A DNA stretch of 64,000 nucleotides from Epiperipatus broadwayi. Its lineage: Eukaryota; Animalia; Onychophora. Each line of letters opens with the position of its first letter. Within the stretch, counting starts at the first letter, position 1. The stretch is from assembly GCA_028023455.1 (NCBI GenBank), contig JAQFVV010000001.1, forward strand, positions 13,578,001 through 13,642,000, given 5' to 3'. Of the stretch, positions 1 through 11,700 are shown piece after piece. The translations under genes were made by a program, and so were the position numbers. A model generated the notes under the pieces. That model searched no databases and was not told the DNA's origin. It saw only the letters and a list, made by a program, of their open reading frames with translations.

Positions 1-660
1 CAATATCATCATGACTAATTGTCAGCAAATAAACTTTTATTAATATCAAATCCCTAGGACTTGCACCTAACCTCATCATCATAAGCCTATTGCCAACACA
101 ATCTACTTTTGCCATACTATTCCAAATTTTTTTTCATCAACAATGCTCGCTCTATGTACTAATCTATCATCACCAAAATAAAATAACATCTTTACTGTCT
201 ACCTTCCTATATTCCTCCCATCTCATTTCACTAATATTAATTTTAAATTTTCCCACTTCAAATTTTCCAATTTCCCAGCTCTTTTCAATAATATTACATT
301 ACATGTACCAACTCACAATATGTCTTCTTCAAATGAATGATTTTGTGAGGGTTTTTCAGGTTTATGATCTGAGCAACCTCATGATACTCATGCTGTACAA
401 TATGCCAAAGCCATCCTTAGCTAAGGTCTCAACATCAAACTGAATGAATCATGCACTAACTGTACCTCATAAATTGATCATCCATCTATTGCTTTCCTTC
501 TCACCATTGTTACCTAGAATGATTGACCTTCTGCTGATTTTGAAATATGTTATTACAGACCCAGAAGCAAGGGTGTTGACATCTAATGGCAGTCAATACT
601 CACCCATTGACCATTTTATAGAAGTAAACACTCTACTGTCTTCTTCACCACTTCCTTAGA
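1..660 (-). mobile_element. RTE-clade LINE 5' remnant (AP endonuclease N-terminal half plus probable 5' UTR), running off the window edge
   Basis: Minus-strand translation of 1-330 gives APE-like segments with stops and frameshifts (ISEMRWEE..., VDCVGNRLMMMRLGASPRDLILIKVYLLT), matching the RTE/BovB-type endonuclease. Assignment of 330-660 as upstream/UTR is tentative. Confidence 0.65.
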
Positions 661-1044
661 GACAATGTTGTCCCATTGTTAATGACTGTTTATTTATATT
701 TACTTAACTAATTCATATCTAACCTTTATATGTGAAGGACATTCCCTCATGCTCTGAGTGGCATGGAACCCATACAATTCTTGAACAATTCTACTTCTCA
801 GGTGAGCTAAAAATCTAAACATCTAAGTTTTCTCATCAGAAACAGTAGTCAATTTTTTATATATATAAATATTGTATTGCATGCCAATAGAATTCAAAGT
901 TGGGGTATATTTGCAGTAAACATACATATATACAGTATTAAATTTTTTAATCTAAATTGTAAACATATCTCACAAAGAGTTGAGATTATCCATGAAATAT
1001 ATTTACATAGAGAAGTTTGCTTGCCATCATTTTTACTAATTCAA

Positions 1045-1155
1045 GACTTATAAGAGTATGAAATGGGCAAGGAAGAGAATGGAATGGAAGAATGGATGGA
1101 CTGATGTAGTGACTACTCTCTGGACCTGTCTATTGGACAGACTACTATTGATTGA
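1045..1155 (+). mobile_element. Possible LINE (RTE-like) 3'-terminal fragment
   Basis: Translates as MKWARKRMEWKNGWTDVVTTLWTCLLDRLL, followed by a short attgattga tail. Resembles RTE C-termini; short and weak. Confidence 0.3.
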
Positions 1156-2433
1156 AGAGTATAAAGTGCAATTTTGAGAGCGGCATAGAATGATTTTTGA
1201 ATGGGTATATATATTTGCTGCTACCCGTAGGTTTTCATATCAGGTATGATAGCAAAGATTTACTAAAAAAGCATTTTTATTGCCATTTTTTTTCTGTTAT
1301 GATAACTTTTTCTCCAAGTATTATGAAAATGATAAAAATTAAATTAGTAGTAAAAAAAATGTTAAAAAGCAAAATTCATAATTGAAAAATATTTAAAATT
1401 ACTATTTTTAGCAGTGATTATAATCAAATACATGGTAATTTAATTCTATAATTAAAAAAAGAAAAAAAATCAACCAAACTACAAGATTTCATTACTACAT
1501 AGAATAATAATGAATTAAACAACAAAGGCTGATAATAAAACAATGAAAGAATACATAAAATAAAATAAAAAGTCATTTGTAGTAAATGTGTTTCTAATAG
1601 ATATAATAATGATTTTATATTTTTAGAAAGTAAAAACAAATACAAATTTTCATTGTTTAAACAACGATAATTTAATTAAGATTAAAGCAACTCATGGCAC
1701 TTTATGATTGAGTGTAAATCTGAATGTGGGATAGTTTATGTGGCAGTTAGAATTAATCTGACTGTATATGATTTTAAAATTAAACAGAATTGTAAATCTT
1801 CTATCAAGCTGTCAATGAATTAAATGGGAAGACATATCATAAATTGTTTTTCAGGATTATAGCAAGTATTAAATGGTTGTTTAAAAAATACTTTTAACTC
1901 TCTGATAAAATTATTGACATCGTAGATGTAAATGGGTCCATTGGAAAATTTAAGCTTTCTTATTTACATGTGAAAAATACTCATGAAAAAGTAGATAAAT
2001 TTTATACTGAATAACACTCACTATGTAGAAATTTTAATAAACATATGTGTATTATGTATCAAAAGACGTGAACGCGTTGTTTTACAAATACATAAAACAC
2101 ACACCTTCCTACTTCTATAATAAAAATATGATTTGGTCCTGGATTTATTAAAGTGTAATGGTAAATAGAGTGGATTTTCTCAAGCAATAGCAAATAGTTT
2201 ATGAAAATATAGCTTTAAAATAAGTAAAGATCAACTAAATAGATTTAGTTATTCATAGATTGATAATTAAGCCAGTAAACATCACATGATCACCATTTCT
2301 AATGCTTGCTCATAACTGTTATTAAAATAGGCAAAACTCCATACAATATTGTGACAGTGCAAACCAGAGTAATCAATGGATGCCAGAAGGCTTGTGCATA
2401 AAATCCCCCATCTCATGCCTACTCACCCAATAT

Positions 2434-2474
2434 TCCCAGACCAGTTTCTGGATTGTGGCCTTGCTCAGTGAGGA
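2434..2474 (-). ncRNA. Type I hammerhead ribozyme motif, family A copy 1 (degenerate)
   Basis: Reverse complement reads TCCTCA CTGAGCA AGGC CACAA TCCA GAAA CTGG TC TGGGA; core and stem III are mutated. Confidence 0.55.
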
Positions 2475-3087
2475 GCCTTGGATCTGAGAGCACTGCATCT
2501 AGATCTTAGGATCTAATGCAACCCTCCAGCAGCCACCTTTTATCTCTACTTAACTACAAAACTATGAGTCTTAAATTGAAAACACATGCCAGAAGGCTTG
2601 TGCATAAAATCCCCATCTAGTGCCTACTCATCCAATATCTCCAGACTAGTTAGATAGGGATTTTATGCACAAGCCTTCTGGCACCTATTGATTACTCTGG
2701 CTTGCACTGAGTGGTAATACTACATGGAGAGTTTTACCTGTTTTATTAACAGTTACAAGCAATCACAAGAAATGGTGGTCATGAGATGTTTATTTTATTA
2801 ACAGTTACTAGCAAGCATAAGAAATAGTGATCATATGATGTTTATTGGCTTAAAACAAATCCTGCCTAATAGGATAGGGGTAGCTATTAAAAAATCAAAA
2901 ATATCAAAATGTATGAGTACTGAACTGAGTTCAGACCTATATGACTATATAAGCTAATGAGCTTGGTTTGAAAATATTGTGTTTTCAATTTGATTCATAG
3001 TTTTGTAGTTAAGTAGAGATAAAAGGTGGCTGCTGGAGGGTTGCATTAGATCCTATGATCTAGGTGCAGTGCTCTCAGATCCAAGGC

Positions 3088-3129
3088 TCCTCACTGACAA
3101 AGGCCACAAGCCAGAAACTAGTCTGGAGA
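3088..3129 (+). ncRNA. Type I hammerhead ribozyme motif, family A (best copy)
   Basis: TCCTCA CTGACAA A GGC CACAA GCC A GAAA CTAG TC TGGAGA: core CUGA-C-(G>A)-A, stem II GGC/GCC, GAAA, palindromic stem III ACTAGT, predicted cleavage after C3123, stem I TCCTCA/TGGAGA with one mismatch. Confidence 0.75.
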
Positions 3130-3413
3130 TATTGGATGAGTAGGTACTAGATGGGGATTTTATGCACATGCCTTCTGGCATCCATTGATTACTTTGGCTT
3201 GTAATGAGTGACAATACTGTAAGGAAACTTTTGCCTGTTTCAATAACAGTTATATAAGCAAGCATAAGAAATCGTGATCATGTGACATTATTAACTGTTA
3301 TTAAAACAGGCAAAGCTCTCTATATGTATTGCCACTCAGTGCAAGCCAGAGTAATCAATAGATGCCAGAAGGCTTGTGCATAAAATCCCCATCTAGCATC
3401 TAATCATCCAATA

Positions 3414-3455
3414 TTCCCAGACTAGTTTCTGGTTTGTGGCATTCATTAGTGAGGA
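3414..3455 (-). ncRNA. Type I hammerhead ribozyme motif, family A copy (degenerate)
   Basis: Reverse complement reads TCCTCA CTAATGA ATGCCACAAACCA GAAA CTAG TC TGGGAA. It retains G8 (ATGA), which together with the CTGACAA copies implies an ancestral CTGACGA. Confidence 0.6.
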
Positions 3456-3735
3456 GCCTAGGATTTCAGAGCACAGTACCTAGATCTTAGGATCTAATGA
3501 AATCCTCCAGCAGTCACCTTTTATCTTTACTTAGCTACAAAACTATGAGTCTTAAATTGAAAATGCTATATTTTCAATCCAAAGCTCAGTAGCTTATAGT
3601 CATATAGGTGTGAACTCAGTTCAGGACCTATACATTTAAGACTCATAGTTTTGTAGTTAAGTAGAGATAAAAGGGGGCTTCTGAAGAGTTGCATTAGATC
3701 CTAAGATCTATGTGCAGTACTCTCAAATCCAAGGC

Positions 3736-3777
3736 TCCTCACTGACAAAGACCACAAGCCAGAAACTTGTCTGGTGA
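3736..3777 (+). ncRNA. Type I hammerhead ribozyme motif, family A copy
   Basis: TCCTCA CTGACAA AGACCACAAGCCA GAAA CTTG TC TGGTGA. Confidence 0.6.
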
Positions 3778-4180
3778 TATTGGATGAATAGGCATTAGAT
3801 TGGAATTTTATGCACAAGACTTTTGACATCCAATGATTACTCTGTCTTGCATTGAGTGGCAATACATATAGTGAGCTTCACCTGTTTTAATGACAGTTAT
3901 GAGCAAGCATAAGAAATTGTGATCATTTGATATTTACTGGCTTAAAACCAATCCTGCCTACTAGCAGAGTGGTGGCTATGGTTATTAAAGAACCAAAGAT
4001 ACCAAAATGTATAGGTACTGAACTGAGTTCAGACCTATAAGCTACTGAGCTTGGATTGAAAATATTATAGTGTTTTCAATTTAAGACTCATAGTTTTGTA
4101 GTTAAGTAGAGATAAAAGGTGTTTGCTGGATGGTTGCATTGGATTCTAAGATCTAGGTGCAGTGTTCTCAGATACAAGGC

Positions 4181-4222
4181 TTCTCAATATCAAAGGTCGC
4201 AAGCCAGAAACTAGTCTGGGGA
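4181..4222 (+). ncRNA. Type I hammerhead ribozyme motif, family A copy (core decayed)
   Basis: TTCTCA ATATCAA AGGTCGCAAGCCA GAAA CTAG TC TGGGGA; stem I and stem III intact, CUGA core lost. Confidence 0.5.
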
Positions 4223-5183
4223 TATTGGATGAGTAAGTACTAGATGAGGATTTTATGCACAAGCCTTCTGGCATCCATTGATTGCACTCAGTGGCAGTAT
4301 GTATAGAGAGTTTTGCCTGTGGTAATAGCAGATTGATAATTAATGATATATTTATATTATGATGATGATGATGGGGAAAATGATTTAAAACATAATATGT
4401 CATGTTGCTACTGAATGTTCTCAAAAAATGTAAACATTGTCTGCATTGGATATGGTTATAATTATATTATTTGAATAATAGAAAGCAAAAGTGCAAAACA
4501 AAGTGGTAAATAGTGACAAAATTTATAAATTTTATGGTTTAGATCAAACTGTAATCTTTCCACATAATAATTTGTATATTTACTCCCTTAAATAATGTTT
4601 TATTTTATACATCAACTCTTTTAGAAATGTTCAAAATAATTGGGGATACCTGTGATTAACTTAATCTTAATTTATGTTCATTTACTTAATCTTGATTCAT
4701 GCTCATTTACCGATTTTTTTAGTCATCGCATCTTCAAGAAAAAAAACTTCTACTGTAAATCTTTTGTATATCAATGAAACATTTCTCTCATCTTGTAATT
4801 GGCTGCTATTAATTTGAATGTGGAAGAAAATATTAAGATTGAATAAATTTGTTGCTAGAGTATTCTATTCTAAGTCAAACGTTAATGTCTCAATTGCAAT
4901 GTAAAGACAGCATTACTAAATTGCTCTGAGCTTTGTCCAATTCCTATAATTTAAAAATGTATTTTTATGATATTGTTGTAATGAAATCACAATATGTTTG
5001 ATGTTTTATCAATGTTAGTAAAATGTCTAGTTGTATATAGACATTATTTTTCAAATTGTTTCACTGTTGAGATATTTTTTATATATATGAATATGTTGCT
5101 ATAAAATGTTATGATCATAGAATTATTTTTTTACATATGTATGCAATTTGTTTATATTTATTAAAAATATGATTTACATTTCA

Positions 5184-5709
5184 GGAACAACCATGTTTAA
5201 TAAAATAAAACTAAAATAAATATACCAATGATTTTGATAAGATAACACTTATCCTCAACTGAGTGAAAAAATATATAGTAATAATCACATAGTTGTAGTG
5301 GATAGAATTGTATCACATGATTCTTGAATAGTTTGATTTATATTTAGCAATATTTTTTATATTCATTTGCATTAACTCTTCCAAATAGTTGATAATTGTA
5401 TTGTTTTTTACATTTTTAATGTAATTTGTTTTTTTAATATTTCTATAGCTCTTTAAAAATTTATATTAATAAATATGACAAAACAATAAAATTATCAACT
5501 ATTTGGAAAAGTTTCTTAACACAAATGAATATAAAAAATATTGCTAAATATAAATCAAACTATTCAACAACCATGTGATACAACAACCATGTAATACAAT
5601 TCTAATCATGTGATTATTACTATATATTTTTTCATGCAGTTGAGAATAAGTGTTGTCTTAACAAAACATCAGTATATTTATTTTAGTTTATTAAATATGG
5701 TTATTCCCC
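5184..5709. repeat. Long imperfect inverted repeat (fold-back), arms ~225 bp, spacer ~70 bp
   Basis: 5184-5408 is the reverse complement of ~5480-5709 (e.g. gaatagtttgatttatatttagcaatattttttatattcatttg versus caaatgaatataaaaaatattgctaaatataaatcaaactattc). Confidence 0.8.
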
Positions 5710-6869
5710 ACAACATGTTTCATAAAACATCTTTTACTCATGAAAACATTCATTTTTAACATACATATATATATAATTTTCATTTAAATAATTTATTTTA
5801 AATAATTTATTATTGTATTGCATTGAAGTCTACTTAGAGATCAGTAAAACCCCCAATTCACAACCAGAGCAAAAATAATTGTTAATGAAAAAAAAATGTA
5901 TACCTTAAGATAACATTATCTGGAACAGTAAAAAGTATTAAAAACGTTAAGTATGGATTTTTTCGCATTCTTTTTGCATTTTATGCTTTTGGCCTATTTT
6001 CAAAATATAATGTGATCAGAGGTTTAGCATGGATGAAGCAAAAATTAATTTAATTTAATAGAATAAAAAAGTTACACATAATTGTGTTGAGATTATACGG
6101 GAAAGTAAAATTAAAACAATATTTTTTCTTTGTTATATATATAATATTAAGTTTTCTGTAATAAAAGCATCTTTTCCACTAATTTTATTACAATGATAAA
6201 CATCATATTTTATTTATAAATATGGTTAGAATTACCTATATTATAAAGACAGTATTTATCTAATTATATCTATCAAAAATATTAAAAAATCACAAGTTTT
6301 ATCTATTCAATTTTATTATCATTATTAATTGTTTAAGTGAAATATGTTTTCAATAAAGAATTAAGAATTTAGAATTTATTACCTGCTTTTATTTATTCTC
6401 ATGGACAATTGATTTTTATGTACTAAAAGTTAAGCTTAAATTACATTTTCCACCAAGTCATATATTATAGGCTCTTATTTCCTCCACCTCCTTTTTTATT
6501 TTTTTACTATTTGTTATATTAATTTTCTTGTTGAATGTTTTTTTAAATCCTATTTTATTTTTTAAAGTTTTAATCATTCATCATTAATTATTATGTATTC
6601 AGCTAGCTTAACATTTTTCTTCACATAATATATTACTTTACATAATCAAATTACAAATTATATTATAACTAGTTTTTAAATTTAGCAGCAAATGATAGAA
6701 AGTTAATAACTTTCTGCTAGTAATAAAATTAAAATTTCAAATGTTAAATAATTTTATGCATTACATCTTTTTTTCTTTTAACTTAATGTAAAATAAATTT
6801 CTATAATTCTTTATTTTACTAATAATTACTATGAAGATTTTAATTTTCATACTATCAATCATCAATAGT

Positions 6870-8231
6870 ATCATAGGCAGTAAAAAGTGAATGAAGATAG
6901 AGGGCAGCACTGATAGAAAGGGAGAAAGAAGAGAAGATATGGATATTATGTTGAGGACATATGCAAGGGTGGGTAAAGAGATGGGGATTAAATTTAGCGA
7001 AGAAAAATCAAATATAATGATGGTGAATACTGGGGAAAGAGAGGATGTAGTTTTTTTATTGGGGGATATAAAGTTAAGTGTGGTAGATAGATATAGGTAT
7101 TTGGGAATCATCTTATGTAATCAGGAAAATTGCTTGGATGAATGGGAGAAAAAATTGGTAAATGAAGCAAAGAAAAGAAAGAGTTTGGTAAAAAAACTAA
7201 CAGTATTTTCATATAATCAATATGATGTAGCTATAATTGTATGGAAGGGAGTTGCAGTAGCAGGGTTAACATATGGTAATGATGCATTATGTGTTAGTAA
7301 AAGGATTTTAGATTATTTAGAGAAAGTACAAAGGGAAGTAGGAAGATATGCATTGGATGCAGATGTATGAACAGCAAGGGAGGCAATTCAAGGAGAAATG
7401 GGATGGTCAAGTTTTCATATGAGAGATACAAAAAGTAAAATGAAAATGTTTGGTAGATTGCAATTTATGGATAATAAAAGAATAGCCAAAATAGTATTTA
7501 ATTGGGTTATGAATAAAGGGCAGGCAACAAGATGGGTGAGAAAGGAAATGTGGTATGCAAAAGATTTGGATAAATAATTTATATCAGTATATTTGTACAA
7601 AAGATGGGATGATTGTGTAAGGAGGATTGTTGAGTGTTATAGTGGTAAGGAATGGGATAAAAGAATAGATTTATTAATAAAGAATAGGCAGTTAGAGAGA
7701 TGGAGAACTAGTATGGAGAGTAAAAAGAGTTTAAATATATATAGAAATAAAGAGAATATTAGGTGTGAGTTAATGTATGATAATAGTAAGGAAAGTAGTT
7801 TATTATTTAAGGCTTGAACAGGATTTTTAGCAACAAGAGAATATACATGTAAATGGAAAATATGGGTGATTTAGTCCGTAAATTATGTAAGGAAGAATAA
7901 AAAATATTAGGCATCTGTTAATTGAATGTAAATGCTTGAAAACAGAAAGGGTACATATAATGAAGTTATGGAAGAATAAATATGAAAAAAAGTGATTATA
8001 CAGAAAGTGGGTTATTGGTTTTTATGCTGGGTTTGGGAAAAGATAAGGGGGATTTAGATATAAAGGCCATAGAGTTGACAAAGATTATGTTGTGTAAATG
8101 GGATGGAGCAGAATGTGAGAAAAATTAGAGTGGTGAATGGAAGATAAAGTGGCTAACAGGTTTCTTTGGGTATAGTTACTGAGAGATTTCTGACTCCATT
8201 TAAGGAGAAGTCACAATGCATCACATCACAT
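6870..8231 (+). mobile_element. 5'-truncated LINE copy 1 (RT C-terminus, CCHC knuckle, 3' UTR, (CACAT)n tail)
   Basis: ORFs 6891-7370 (MGIKFSEEKSNIM...YRYLGIIL...GVAVAGLTYG) and 7593-7817; degenerate C-x2-C-x8-H-x4-C at ~7880-7935; ends catcacatcacat. Homologous to 11250-12464. Confidence 0.9.
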
Positions 8232-8236
8232 AATTT

Positions 8237-8712
8237 ATGATAATAGCAAGGAAAGTAATTTACTGTTTAAGACTCGAACAGGATCTTTAGCAATAAGGGA
8301 AAATATCCATAAATGGAAAAATACAGGTAATTTAGTCTGCAAGTTATGTAAGGAAGGCATAGAAAATATTAGGCATCTAACATGTAAATTAAATGTAAAT
8401 GCCTGCAAGCAGAAAGTTACAAATAATGAAGTTGTGGGAGAATAAATATAAACAAACATGATTATACAGAAAGTGGGTTCCTGGTTTTTATACTAGGTTT
8501 GGAAAAAGATAAGGGGATTTAGATATAAAGGCCATGGAGTTAACAAAGAGTATGTTGTGGAAATGGGATGGAAAAGGATAGAGAAGAATATGGGAAAACT
8601 TAGTGTGGGGTATGAAAATGGAAAGTAAGGTGGTTAACAGGTTTTTCTGGGCATGATGGCTGAGAGATTCCTGCCTTCAAAAAAAGAAGAAGCCACAATG
8701 CATCACATCATA
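8237..8712 (+). mobile_element. Short 3'-end LINE copy 2 of the same family
   Basis: Duplicates 7776-8231 (tatgataatagcaaggaaag... CKLCKEGIENIRH ...gccacaatgcatcacatca). Confidence 0.9.
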
Positions 8713-8717
8713 TAATT

Positions 8718-11700
8718 TGAGTTAAGAAAAAGTGGGAATATTTGGATTATTACCAATATTTGACAATAGGTATATGTTAGATAGAACATGTTCTATAAAT
8801 GAGAGATGACAAAATTATGTGAGAGAAATAATGTTATGTTTGTGGATGTGTGGGATTTTTTTATTAATAAGAGGTAGTTGTATAGTAAAGATGAATTGCA
8901 CTTAGCAAAACAAGGAAGTGATGTTGTAGGAAATTTGATTTATAAAAAATATTACCATTTGGGAAACTTATAAAGGGAGGTGTATATGGTTTTAAATTGC
9001 AGTATAAAAGAAGAAGAATTGAAGGGATGTAAGAAATAAACAAAATGTAGCTGATTTAGATATAAATGTAGATTTGTAGAGGGAATGGGTCTGTAAAATT
9101 AATGGTATGCAAGTTACTTACAATGTAATAGAGAAAAAAGAGTTAATTTATAACAGAGTAGTAAGAAAAGAAAAAAATGTTAAAATTGGATATTTGAATA
9201 TGCAAAGTGGTACGAGACTAAAAAAGTGGCTGGAATTAAACAAAGCAGTTAAAAATGAAGAGCTTGAGATATTAGCAGTAAGAAAACACATCTAAGAGAA
9301 GAAGAACATACGCTGGAAGACTTGGTATTAGAAAAGAAAAAAGGGTTGGTAGTATAGGAGTTATGCCAAAAAAATATTTAAATAATGTTTATGTGTCAAG
9401 AACATTTGTGGTTTGAGATAAGGTTAGGAAAACAAGAATGGATGGTGGATATAGTGTATATAGCTACTAAAGATAGTCAAACTATAAGGGAGTAAAACAG
9501 TAGCACATATGAACACCTAGTTAAGAATATGCAGAGTTTTAAAATAAAGGGGGAAGAAAATAATGTTTACAGGGGATATGAATGTGCAGATTGAAAAACT
9601 GATGACATGGATTACAAGAATGGACAGCTTTTAAAGAATTTTATCAGAGAGTAAATTTGAGCATAGGAAATTTACCAAATATTTATGAGGGACAATAGAC
9701 ATGGTCTATAAATAATATATTTTACATAATAGATTATATATTAGTAGAGAAAGAGGGAATGAATAAAATACAGAAAATTGAAGTGTTGATAATGAAGTGA
9801 GAGTATATAATAGTAATCATAATTTCTTTATAATAGAAATTGTTAATAATGTGATGGAAAACAGTAATAAAAGTAGAAGGGATAGTGAATGATGTAGATG
9901 GAGAATGAATGATAAGAATAAGAATATAAAATAAAAGTAGAAGAAATCATGGAAGAGTTTGTTGTGGATGAATATAAGGACTGGTGTGGTGAAATAGAAA
10001 AAGTGGCAAAATAGGATTTTAGGTGAGAATATTTAGAAGAATAAAAGTAATAGAAAAGTGAGAGTTTCTAAAAATATAAAAGAGTGGAAAAAGCATGCAG
10101 AGAATATAAATGTGCTATTAAAAACAAAGAAAGTAAAGAAGATATTAATATTAAATGGGGAAAGTACTTTTTAAAAAAGAAGCTGGCTAAAATAGATATT
10201 TATATAGAGAGAAATTAAATAGGAAATTATTGGAGGATATTAATAAAAGTGGAAGAGATGGGAGTAAAAAAATTGGAAACATATTAAAAGAAGGAATGTA
10301 GAGGAGAGAGAAATGGTAATACTAGATGAGGGAATAGAGTATAGTTCTAGAGAAGAATTAGAGATGTTGTTAGCTGAGAGGTCAGCACAGCCACCTTGCA
10401 AGCAAGCAGTTGGTTGTAGAAGATTGTTGTGGGTTTGCCTTCCAGCCAATGCTATGACATATGGAAAAAAAAGATGTTAGATGTGAAGAACAGAAAAAGG
10501 ATATAGTAATGGAAATATTATATTTACAGAAAATGAATTGAATGAGATGAAAAGAAATTGAAAAGTGAAAAGACGAAAGGTTCAGATTGATGGGCAGCAG
10601 AGATGGTGATGAATTTAGGAAATAGAGCAAAATTCAATCTATTACCATATTTTAATAAGATGGCACAGAAGAAAGAATTTCCAGATAGCTGGAATAATAC
10701 AAGAGTAAAGCTACTAAATAAAGGAAAGGATAAGGATCATAGAAAGTTAAACAATTATAGATAAATAGTGGTAATGTCGGTGTTATATAAAGTTTTTGCA
10801 TATATGGTGGCTGAAAGGTTGCAAAGTGGAATGGAAGAAAATAATATACTTGGAGAAATGTAAGGAGGTTTTCAATCAGATAGGCATGTAGAAGATGGTT
10901 TACTTATAGTCACACAACTTATAGATATGAGTAGGAATACGGATAGACAGTCATAGATGGTTTTTATAGATATTGAGAAGGCATATAATAGAGTAAATAG
11001 AAATAGATTAGGGGTAAGTTTAATAAATTTGGGAATGAATGGAGCTTTAATGGATCTTATTAAGAGATTGTATGAAAATAATTACTGTATGTATCCAGTA
11101 GGGGATATAGAATCAGAGTTAAAAATGGGGTGGAATTAAGACAAGGATTTTGTTTTTGTTATATTTGAGAGAACTAGAGAGAGAGAGAGAGCAATAGAAA
11201 GACTAAGAAGAGAGGTACCATTAATAGGTGGCAAGGGAGTATATACATTATCAGATCTTTTATTTGCTGATGATAAAAGTCAAAATAATGATTATAAATG
11301 CTGGTGAAAGAGAAGAGAAAAAATTTTTATTGGGGGATATAAAGTTAAATGTGGTGAATCAGTATAACTATTTGGGCATTGTCTTAAGTAATCAAAGAAA
11401 TTGCTTAGATGAATGGGGAAAAAATTGATGAATGAAGCAAAGAAAAGAAAGAGACTGATAAAGAAATTAATAGTGTTTTCATATAATAAATGTGATGTAG
11501 CTAGAATTGTATGGAAGGGAGTGGAAATATCAGGATTAACTTATGGTAATGAGGCATTATGTATTAGTAAAGGGTATTAGATTACCTAGAAAAAGGACAA
11601 AGAGAAGCCTTACATTAGATGCAAATCTGTGGGTGGCAAAGTAGGTAATTAAAGGAGAAATGGGACAGTCAAGTTTTTATATGAGAAATTTAAAAAGCAA

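Larger units (their letters stand above)
2271..4329. mobile_element. Family A: non-coding hammerhead-ribozyme retroelement array (~445 bp unit; five segments in alternating orientation)
   Basis: Segments: 2271-2585 (HHR on -), 2586-2651 (-, partial), 2652-3285 (+), ~3290-3637 (-), ~3637-4329 (+). HHR spacing 3741 to 4186 gives a ~445 bp unit. The whole array is flanked by the 14-bp direct repeat agattgataattaa (2257-2270, 4330-4343). No coding homology recognised. Confidence 0.85.

Noticed and set aside
480-690. HDV-like ribozyme in the RTE 5' UTR
   Set aside because: Expected for some RTEs, but no P1/P1.1/P2/P3 pseudoknot could be assembled by eye.
810-845. Minus-strand CTGATGAGAAAAC...
   Set aside because: No downstream GAAA or stem III.
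2940-2995. ctaatgagcttggtttgaaa / ctactgagcttggattgaaa as a second hammerhead in family A
   Set aside because: The other copies read CTACTGAG, and stems I and III do not form; it is better explained as small hairpins.
3053-3265. Repeated short ORFs (also 4146-4424) with the shared peptide NQWMPEG.CIKS.SSTYSSNI.RLVSGL
   Set aside because: The similarity simply reflects family A DNA repeats read antisense to the HHR; frames are not conserved among copies.
2271-4329. CRISPR-like array
   Set aside because: Eukaryotic context; units are ~445 bp without unique spacers and alternate in orientation.
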